Below, piece after piece: positions 56,201-64,000 of a stretch of 64,000 nt of DNA; position 1 is the first letter of the stretch; each line of letters opens with the position of its first letter. Source of the stretch: Escherichia coli. Lineage in GTDB: Bacteria > Pseudomonadota > Gammaproteobacteria > Enterobacterales > Enterobacteriaceae. A model generated the notes under the pieces. That model had not been told where the DNA came from. It made no database searches and saw only the letters and a list, made by a program, of their open reading frames with translations. The stretch is taken from NCBI RefSeq assembly GCF_003790525.1, contig NZ_CP033635.1. One strand, written 5' to 3'. The position numbers and the translations under genes are program-made.

Positions 56201-57766
56201 TTATGCAGTTTTGGTGCGAATCAGGTAGTCAAAAGCACTCAGAGAGGCTTTGGCACCTTCGCCAGTAGCGATGATGATCTGCTTGTACGGAACCGTCGTA
56301 CAGTCACCCGCTGCGAACACGCCTTTGACGTTGGTTTCGCATTTCGCATCAATGATAATCTCGCCCATGCGGTTACGTTCGACTGCGCCTTCCAGCCAGT
56401 TGGTGTTCGGCAGCAGACCAATCTGGACGAAAATACCGGCCAGTTCGATGTTGTGAATATCGCCGCTGACACGATCGCGATATTCCAGACCTACGACTTT
56501 GCTACCGTCGCCTTTCACTTCCGTGGTTTGCGCATTCAGAATAATGTCGACGTTTTTCAGGCTGCGCAGTTTGTCCTGCAGAACCTGGTCGGCTTTCATT
56601 TCTGGCGCAAATTCCAGCAGCGTTACGTGCTCAACGATACCCGCCAGGTCAATTGCCGCTTCCACGCCGGAGTTACCGCCGCCGATAACCGCTACGCGTT
56701 TGCCTTTAAACAGCGGGCCGTCGCAGTGCGGGCAGTAGGTCACGCCTTTGGTGCGATACTGATCTTCGCCAGGAACGTTCATGTTGCGCCATTTTGCACC
56801 GGTCGCCACGATAATGCTGCGTGCTTTCAGTACCGCGCCAGAAGCTGTTTCAATCTGATGCAGGCCGCCTTCAACCGCTGCCGGGATCAGTTTGCTCGCG
56901 CTCTGGCTGTCGATCACATCAACGTCGTATTCATCAACATGAACTTTCAGCGCACCTGCCAGTTTCTGGCCTTCGGTCTTCGGTACAGAAATGTAGTTTT
57001 CGATATCAACGGTATCGAGGATCTGACCACCAAAACGTTCGCCCATCAGACCGGTACGGATGCCTTTACGTGCGGAGTAAATTGCTGCCGCTGCACCCGC
57101 CGGGCCGGAACCAACGATTAATACGTCATAAGCATCACGCTTGTTCAGCTCTTCTGCCGCACGTTTTTCCGCACCCGTATCAATTTTGGCAACGATTTCA
57201 GTCAACGTCATGCGGCCCTGACCAAACTCTTTCCCGTTTACGAACACTGCCGGAACGCCCATCACGTTGCGATCGGTGATTTCGTTCTGGAAGGTGCCGC
57301 CGTCAATTGCAGTGTGCTTGATGCGCGGGTTCAGTACGCTCATCAGGTTCAGCGCCTGCACCACGTCCGGGCAGTTGTGGCAAGAGAGCGAGTAATAGGT
57401 TTCGAATTCAAAATCACCGTCAATATGGCGAATCTGCTCCAGCAGAGACTGCGCTTCTTTCGACGGATGACCACCGGTCCACAGCAACGCCAGTACCAGC
57501 GAGGTGAACTCGTGGCCCAGCGGGGAGCCTGCAAAACGTGGTCCCTGGTTGGAACCTGGGTTGGTGATCAGGAAAGACGGCTTACGCACTGGCAAGCTGT
57601 TATCTTCTTTAAAGGTGACTTTGTCTGACAGTTCTGCGATTTCAGCCAACAGTTCCTTGATTTCTGCCGATTTAGCGCTGTCATCCAGCGTGGCAATTAA
57701 CTCAACAGGCTTGGTCAATTTCTCAAGGTAAGCCTTGAGTTGAGTTTTCATATTTGTGTCGAGCAT
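56201..57766 (-). CDS. ahpF: alkyl hydroperoxide reductase subunit F (NADH:peroxiredoxin oxidoreductase), 521 aa
   Basis: start [11 protein letters not shown]; redox CxxC motifs CHNC and CPHC; FAD/NAD Rossmann motifs. Confidence 0.95.
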
Positions 57767-57846
57767 GTTTATCTCCTGGGCTTTAAACATCATCATGCAA
57801 GCGGCCTCTGCGGCTACCTGGATGCAGCTTGCATCATGGTGCGGGG

Positions 57847-57878
57847 AAGAAAATCGGGTGCCGCAGCACCCGATTAAT
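57847..57878 (-). terminator. hairpin between ahpC and ahpF (minus read: aatcgggtgctgcggcacccgatt + TTTCTTC), likely partial terminator
   Basis: stem-loop and T-rich tail seen on the minus strand. Confidence 0.5.
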
Positions 57879-57894
57879 TACGCGATTGCGGAAC

Positions 57895-58458
57895 TTAGAT
57901 TTTACCAACCAGGTCCAGAGACGGAGCCAGAGTTGCTTCACCTTCTTTCCATTTAGCCGGGCAAACTTCACCTGGGTGAGAAGCTACGTACTGTGCTGCT
58001 TTGATTTTACGCAGCAGGTCAGACGCGTCACGGCCAATGCCTTCAGCGGTAACTTCGATTGCCTGGATGATACCCTGCGGGTCAACAACGAAGGTCGCAC
58101 GGTCAGCCAGACCTTCATCTTCACGCATGTTGTCGAAGTTACGGGTCAGGGCGCCAGTCGGGTCGCCGATCATCGCATATTTGATTTTAGCGATGGTTTC
58201 AGAGCTGCTGTGCCATGCTTTGTGGGTGAAGTGAGTATCGGTAGATACTGCGTATACGTCTACGCCCAGTTTCTGCAGTTCTTCGTAATGGTCAGCAACG
58301 TCACCCAGTTCGGTCGGGCATACGAAAGTAAAGTCAGCCGGGTAGAAGAAGAAGACGCTCCAGCGGCCTTCGGTATCTTTTTCGGTGATTTCGATGAATT
58401 CGCCGTTTTTGAATGCCTGGTTTTTAAAAGGTTTAATTTTGGTGTTAATCAAGGACAT
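57895..58458 (-). CDS. ahpC: alkyl hydroperoxide reductase subunit C (2-Cys peroxiredoxin), 187 aa
   Basis: peroxidatic Cys in FTFVCPTEL and resolving Cys in EVCPAKW. Confidence 0.96.
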   Translation of the reverse strand: MSLINTKIKPFKNQAFKNGEFIEITEKDTEGRWSVFFFYPADFTFVCPTELGDVADHYEELQKLGVDVYAVSTDTHFTHKAWHSSSETIAKIKYAMIGDPTGALTRNFDNMREDEGLADRATFVVDPQGIIQAIEVTAEGIGRDASDLLRKIKAAQYVASHPGEVCPAKWKEGEATLAPSLDLVGKI

Positions 58459-58829
58459 CTATACTTCCTCCGTGTTTTCGATGAGATGTAAGGTAACCAA
58501 TTTTTGCCGATTCGGCTAATGCGTTTCCATTATCAAATCGATAAGTTTTACCTTACAACCTTCGTAAGACAACTTTGTGAACTTTGCACCGCCAGCGGCG
58601 ATAAAAAGTAAAATGGCCCCCTTTCCAGGTGACCGTGTAATCTGAACTACCCTTTGGTATCTTCAGCGCCTGCCTGCAGGCTGAGGTGTTGCCCTTACAA
58701 ATGCAACAACGACGTGGATTACAACACCCTCATAAACAAAGGGCAATCACCTGATCTAAGCTCTTACCTATGACAGTGATAGGTTATGCCTTTTACCCGA
58801 CTTTTGCACTGACTGAAAAGGACAAATTA
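58459..58829. promoter_or_regulatory. divergent ahpC / dsbG control region (OxyR-regulated per literature)
   Basis: 371-bp non-coding spacer between divergent genes; OxyR site expected from established knowledge, not motif-confirmed. Confidence 0.5.
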
Positions 58830-59576
58830 ATGTTAAAAAAGATACTTTTACTGGCTCTGCTTCCTGCAATCGCCTTCGCAGAGGAACTTCCTGCCCCAGT
58901 AAAAGCGATTGAAAAACAGGGCATTACAATCATCAAAACGTTCGATGCTCCCGGAGGAATGAAAGGTTATCTCGGCAAGTATCAGGATATGGGCGTCACC
59001 ATCTACCTGACTCCAGATGGTAAGCACGCTATCTCCGGTTACATGTACAACGAGAAAGGTGAAAACCTGAGTAACACACTTATCGAAAAAGAAATTTACG
59101 CACCCGCCGGACGCGAAATGTGGCAACGGATGGAACAATCCCACTGGCTCCTCGACGGTAAAAAAGACGCGCCGGTCATTGTCTACGTCTTCGCCGATCC
59201 GTTCTGCCCATATTGTAAACAGTTCTGGCAGCAGGCTCGCCCGTGGGTAGATTCTGGCAAAGTGCAATTAAGAACATTGTTGGTTGGCGTTATCAAGCCA
59301 GAAAGCCCGGCGACAGCAGCGGCAATTCTTGCCTCCAAAGATCCCGCAAAAACCTGGCAAGAATATGAAGCCTCTGGTGGCAAGCTTAAGCTAAACGTGC
59401 CTGCAAACGTAAGTACAGAGCAAATGAAAGTGTTAAGCGATAACGAGAAACTGATGGACGATCTGGGGGCAAATGTCACGCCAGCTATCTATTACATGAG
59501 TAAGGAAAATACACTGCAACAGGCCGTGGGGTTGCCCGATCAGAAAACGCTTAATATCATTATGGGGAATAAATAA
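58830..59576 (+). CDS. dsbG: periplasmic thiol:disulfide oxidoreductase DsbG, 248 aa
   Basis: ATG 58830 with AAGGA 7 nt upstream; signal peptide [17 protein letters not shown]; CPYC active site; in-frame upstream extension to 58770 exists. Confidence 0.92.
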
Positions 59577-59581
59577 AAGAT

Positions 59582-59640
59582 AATTCATGGATGGTTGAAA
59601 TATATTCCTGCTTTTCAACCATCCTAAAAAAGCATGAATT
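59582..59640. repeat. nested inverted repeat downstream of dsbG (aattcatg / ggatggttgaaa ... tttcaaccatcc / catgaatt)
   Basis: 12-bp inner stem and 8-bp outer stem read directly; followed by A-run rather than T-run. Confidence 0.45.
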
Positions 59641-59780
59641 GCTCGTAACCCACCTGACAGCTATGCTATTTTAGAAAATCTTAATCCAAAGTTAAGCAGA
59701 AAAACATAACACATATAAATACAACAACATTATTGATCAAGTGAATGATTTATGGAAGAGACAATACAACGGAGTATGTT

Positions 59781-60683
59781 ATGGCTAATCTTTATGATCT
59801 AAAAAAATTTGACCTCAATTTACTGGTTATATTTGAATGTATTTATCAACATCTCAGCATTAGTAAAGCGGCAGAATCATTATATATAACGCCCTCTGCT
59901 GTTAGTCAGTCGTTACAACGTTTACGTGCGCAATTTAATGACCCGTTATTCATTCGCTCAGGGAAAGGTATCGCGCCGACTACAACAGGGTTAAACCTGC
60001 ATCACCATCTTGAGAAAAATCTCAGAGGCCTTGAACAAACGATCAATATCGTTAATAAGTCTGAACTAAAGAAAAATTTTATTATCTACGGTCCTCAGCT
60101 TATTTCTTGTACTAATAACAACATGCTAATCCGCTGTCTTAGACAAGATACTTCAATCGATATAGAATGCCATGACATACTGCTTTCAGCTGAAAATGCC
60201 GAAGAACTGTTGGTTCAACGCAAAACTGACCTGGCAATTACACTACAACCAGTAATTAGCCGCTCTGTCATCTGCATGCCGTTACATACTATTCGCAATT
60301 CTCTTATATGTAGCAACAGACATCCTCGTATTACCGATACCAGTAACTATGAACAAATTATCGCCGAAGAATTCACCCTGTTGATATCTAAATCAGCAGG
60401 GATTGACGAAATTCAAATGGACATAGATGAACGTTTTATGAACCGTAAAGTTTCATTTCGCAGTTCTTCTTTGATGACTATAATTAATAGTATTTCTGTT
60501 ACTGACTTATTAGGCATTGTGCCCACCGAACTGTACAATTTACATCGTGACTTTTTGAAGTTAAAAGAAATAAAACTGGAACAACCTCTTCCTGCGGTTA
60601 AACTTTATATTTCCTATAACAAGGCTTCGTTGAACAACCTTGTCTTCTCCCGATTCATAGATCGTTTAAATGATAGCTTCTGA
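59781..60683 (+). CDS. ybdO: LysR-family transcriptional regulator, 300 aa
   Basis: N-terminal HTH (LNLLVIFECIYQHLSISKAAESLYITPSAVSQSLQRLR); strongly AT-rich coding sequence. Confidence 0.88.
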   Translation: MANLYDLKKFDLNLLVIFECIYQHLSISKAAESLYITPSAVSQSLQRLRAQFNDPLFIRSGKGIAPTTTGLNLHHHLEKNLRGLEQTINIVNKSELKKNFIIYGPQLISCTNNNMLIRCLRQDTSIDIECHDILLSAENAEELLVQRKTDLAITLQPVISRSVICMPLHTIRNSLICSNRHPRITDTSNYEQIIAEEFTLLISKSAGIDEIQMDIDERFMNRKVSFRSSSLMTIINSISVTDLLGIVPTELYNLHRDFLKLKEIKLEQPLPAVKLYISYNKASLNNLVFSRFIDRLNDSF

Positions 60684-60829
60684 TTCATTACCACTGACAA
60701 ATAATATATTACGCATCAATTAATTCATTATGTGAATATAAAATAATGTGCTCTATCTTGCTTCGTTTATCCTATAATTAGCGGATTCATCTCACGAGTC
60801 ACCCCGTAACGTTCAGAGAGCGTTTTTAG

Positions 60830-62050
60830 ATGTCTATTTATAAAATCCCGCTTCCACTGAATATTCTGGAAGCTGCAAAAGAACGTATTACCTGGACACT
60901 TAATACCCTACCCCGTATCTGTGTTTCTTTTTCGGGTGGTAAAGATTCCGGATTAATGCTGCATCTGACCGCCGAAATTGCCCGACAAATGGGCAAAAAA
61001 ATCTGCGTTTTGTTTATCGACTGGGAAGCGCAGTTCTCATGCACTATTAACTATGTTCAGTCATTACGTGAGTTTTACGCCGATGTCATCGAAGAGTTTT
61101 ACTGGGTTGCGCTCCCGCTTACGACGCAAAATTCCCTTTCTCAATACCAACCCGAATGGCAGTGCTGGGAACCTGATGTCGAATGGGTACGTCAGCCCCC
61201 GCAAGATGCGATAACCGATCCTGACTTTTTCTCCTTTTACCAGCCTGGCATGACCTTCGAACAATTTGTGCGTGAGTTTGCCGAATGGTTTTCGCAAAAA
61301 CGTCCGGCGGCGATGATGATCGGCATCCGTGCGGATGAGTCCTACAACCGTTTTGTCGCCATCGCCAGTTTAAATAAACAACGTTTTGCCGATGATAAGC
61401 CCTGGACTACTGCCGCACCAGGCGGTCATAGCTGGTACATTTACCCCATCTACGACTGGAAAGTCGCTGATATCTGGACCTGGTATGCTAACCATCAACA
61501 GCTCTGTAACCCACTGTATAATATAATGTATCAGGCAGGCGTTCCTCTGCGTCATATGCGAATTTGCGAACCTTTTGGCCCGGAGCAACGGCAAGGATTA
61601 TGGCTCTATCACGTTATCGAACCGGATCGCTGGGCTGCTATGTGCGCACGAGTCAGCGGGGTAAAAAGTGGCGGCATTTACGCCGGACATGATAATCATT
61701 TTTATGGTCATCGGAAAATCCTCAAGCCAGAACATTTAGACTGGCAAGAATATGCATTATTGCTGCTCAATAGCATGCCGGAAAAAACAGCTGAGCATTA
61801 CCGCAATAAAATCGCCATTTATTTGCACTGGTATCAGAAAAAAGGCATCGAAGTTCCACAAACCCAGCAAGGGGACATTGGCGCGAAAGATATCCCCTCC
61901 TGGCGGCGAATATGCAAAGTTTTACTCAATAACGATTACTGGTGCCGGGCATTATCATTTAGTCCTACGAAAGCGAAGAACTATCAGCGTTATAACGAAC
62001 GGATAAAAGGAAAACGTCAGGAATGGGGGATACTATGCAACAACGATTAA
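60830..62050 (+). CDS. ybdN: PAPS-reductase-like / PP-loop ATP-pyrophosphatase family protein, 406 aa
   Basis: PP-loop SFSGGKDS near N-terminus; matches recalled YbdN. Confidence 0.9.
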   Translation: MSIYKIPLPLNILEAAKERITWTLNTLPRICVSFSGGKDSGLMLHLTAEIARQMGKKICVLFIDWEAQFSCTINYVQSLREFYADVIEEFYWVALPLTTQNSLSQYQPEWQCWEPDVEWVRQPPQDAITDPDFFSFYQPGMTFEQFVREFAEWFSQKRPAAMMIGIRADESYNRFVAIASLNKQRFADDKPWTTAAPGGHSWYIYPIYDWKVADIWTWYANHQQLCNPLYNIMYQAGVPLRHMRICEPFGPEQRQGLWLYHVIEPDRWAAMCARVSGVKSGGIYAGHDNHFYGHRKILKPEHLDWQEYALLLLNSMPEKTAEHYRNKIAIYLHWYQKKGIEVPQTQQGDIGAKDIPSWRRICKVLLNNDYWCRALSFSPTKAKNYQRYNERIKGKRQEWGILCNND

Positions 62051-62652
62051 CGCAGGATTTAACCCAATTTCTCGCCAGCTTGCCGGAAGATGATCGCATC
62101 AAAGCGATTAATGAAATCCGCATGGCGATCCATCAGGTTAGCCCCTTTCGTGAAGAGCCAGTGGATTGCGTTCTGTGGGTTAAAAACAGCCAACTTATGC
62201 CTAATGATTACAACCCAAACAACGTGGCACCACCCGAAAAAAAACTGCTGAAAAAATCCATTGAAATAGATGGTTTTACCCAACCCATTGTGGTCACGCA
62301 TACGGATAAAAATGCCCTGGAAATCGTGGATGGTTTTCACCGCCATGAAATTGGTAAAGGCTCATCATCGTTAAAATTACGCTTAAAAGGTTATTTGCCG
62401 GTGACCTGTCTGGAAGGTACGCGTAATCAACGCATCGCCGCAACTATTCGTCATAATCGCGCTCGTGGACGTCACCAAATCACTGCCATGTCAGAAATCG
62501 TCCGAGAACTCAGCCAGTTGGGATGGGACGATAATAAAATTGGCAAAGAGCTGGGAATGGACAGCGACGAAGTGTTGCGCCTGAAGCAAATTAACGGCCT
62601 GCAAGAGTTGTTTGCCGACCGTCAATTTTCCCGCGCCTGGACGGTTAAATAA
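62023..62652 (+). CDS. ybdM: ParB-like nuclease (ParB/Srx) domain protein, 209 aa
   Basis: DGFHRHE motif (DGxHR class); 28-nt overlap with ybdN. Confidence 0.9.
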   Translation: MGDTMQQRLTQDLTQFLASLPEDDRIKAINEIRMAIHQVSPFREEPVDCVLWVKNSQLMPNDYNPNNVAPPEKKLLKKSIEIDGFTQPIVVTHTDKNALEIVDGFHRHEIGKGSSSLKLRLKGYLPVTCLEGTRNQRIAATIRHNRARGRHQITAMSEIVRELSQLGWDDNKIGKELGMDSDEVLRLKQINGLQELFADRQFSRAWTVK

Positions 62653-63813
62653 CTAAAGCTGGCGCAGGCGTTCTGCTGCTGCCAGCAACGTCGATTCCTT
62701 CTTGGCAAAACAGAGACGAATCAGTTTATGTGGGAAGGGATCGGCGCAAAACACCGACAGCGGAATCGCCGCTACGCCGTGCTCCCGCGTCAGCCACTGG
62801 CAAAACTCAACATCATCCAGCGTAGATACGGCGCTGTAATCCACCAGCAAAAAGTATGTACCTTCGCACGGTAAAATCTCCAGCCGACTTTCATTTAAGG
62901 CATTCACCAGAATATCGCGCTTCTGGCGATAAAAGTCCGGTAACGCAAGATAATGCTCAGGTTCTGCACGTAGCATATCGGCAAGCGCCAACTGTGCCGG
63001 GGTATTCACCGAAAAGGTCAGATACTGATGCACTTTGCGGATCTCGGCGCTGATGGGCGCAGGTGCAACGCAATACCCCACTTTCCAGCCGGTCATATGA
63101 TAGGTCTTGCCAAACGATGACACCGCCACCGCTCGCTCACACAATTGCGGATGCGCCAGCACGCTGGCATGGCCCTGTTGTGAAAAATTGATGTGCTCGT
63201 AGACTTCATCGCTAATGACAAAAATCTCGTGCCCGGCAATCGCCTGCCACAGAGCGGAGAAATCAGCCTACTGCCAGACAGTTGCACTGGGGTTATGCGG
63301 GGTGTTGAGGATCACCAGTCGGGTGCGCTCGCTTAACAATGCGGCAAATTCCTGCCAGTCCACGCGAAAATGCGGTGGTTGCAGTGCAATACGTTTCACT
63401 ATTCCCCCCGAAAGCGCGATGGCGGGCGCGTAACTGTCATAGCTGGGATCAAAGCAAATCACTTCATCGCCATTGCGAACCAATGCAGTAATCGCTGCGT
63501 ATAGCGCTTCCGTCGCCCCTGCTGTTACGGTGATATCGCTGTCGGCATCTGGTTGATAGCCATACAGCCGTTCCGTTTTCTGAGCAATCGCCTCGCGTAA
63601 TGCCTGCACGCCGGTCATGGGTGCGTATTGGTTTGCCCCCTGGGCAACGTGGTACGCCAGCCGTTCCTGCAAATAGCGCGGACCATCAAAATCAGGAAAG
63701 CCTTGCGACAGGTTAATCGCCTGGTGTTGCTGCGCCAGTGCACTCATCTGGGTGAAAATAGTGGTGCCAAGTTGTGGAAGTTTGCTTTGTGGAATCAGAG
63801 GGTTATTTGTCAT
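62653..63813 (-). pseudogene. ybdL: methionine aminotransferase (PLP fold type I) interrupted by an in-frame TAG after codon 181
   Basis: N-terminal ORF 63268-63813 ends ...SATVWQ at a TAG (plus-strand CTA at 63268-63270); reading continues in the same frame ADFSALWQAIAGHEIF... into the C-terminal ORF 62653-63162 that carries the PLP-lysine motif SFGKTY. Confidence 0.85.
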
Positions 63814-63921
63814 TTTTATTGTGCCTGATGAAGTTGCGTGTTGAAGGCACTATAACACGATGCTAGTATTTGGCAATCAAGACGTTTAGATGTCTAAATA
63901 AAACAATAAGGACAACACAAC

Positions 63922-64000
63922 ATGCCTCACAATCCTATCCGCGTGGTCGTCGGCCCGGCTAACTACTTTTCACATCCCGGAAGTTTCAATCACCTGCACG
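63922..64000 (+). CDS. ybdH: iron-containing alcohol/hydroxycarboxylate dehydrogenase (3'-truncated by window edge)
   Basis: ATG 63922 with AAGGA upstream; N-terminus MPHNPIRVVVGPANYFSHPGSF; only 26 codons in window. Confidence 0.6.
   Translation, partial: MPHNPIRVVVGPANYFSHPGSFNHLH

Noticed and set aside
57756-57956. 66-aa ORF in the ahpC-ahpF spacer
   Set aside because: It overlaps the ahpC 3' end and the spacer hairpin on the opposite strand and has no ribosome-binding site

Overview
This window reads as a contiguous stretch of Escherichia coli core chromosome, matching the K-12 map from roughly asnB down to ybdH in reverse-complement orientation. I found no clearly novel system; the most interesting items are under-characterised known modules and a few strain-specific differences. 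Everything here is called by reading the sequence and recalling E. coli protein sequences and gene order; no database search was run, and comparisons to K-12 rest on memory. Gene content in order: umpH (3' part), asnB, a seven-tRNA operon (metT-leuW-glnU-glnW-metU-glnV-glnX), ubiF, miaB-ybeZ-ybeY-corC-lnt, gltIJKL (with the SroC region), rihA, hscC, the duplicated djlC-ybeU-ybeT / djlB-ybeR-ybeQ cluster, ybeL, leuS-lptE-holA-nadD-cobC, rsfS-rlmH-mrdA-mrdB-rlpA, dacA, ybeD-lipB, ybeF, lipA, tatE, ybeM, crcB, cspE, pagP, dcuC, dpiBA, citCDEFXG-citT, rna, rnk, uspG, ahpCF, dsbG, ybdO, ybdN-ybdM, ybdL and the start of ybdH. No CRISPR array, IS element, integrase or prophage gene was seen, and all long unassigned ORFs are antisense shadows of known genes. 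Differences from the K-12 MG1655 arrangement as I recall it: no IS5 between lnt and gltI, no ybdR between rnk and uspG, an intact ybeM, and an in-frame TAG stop inside ybdL. The best candidates for follow-up are the ybdO-ybdN-ybdM module (PAPS-reductase-like plus ParB-like nuclease) and the tandemly duplicated Sel1 / DUF1266 / J-like module next to the Hsp70 gene hscC.
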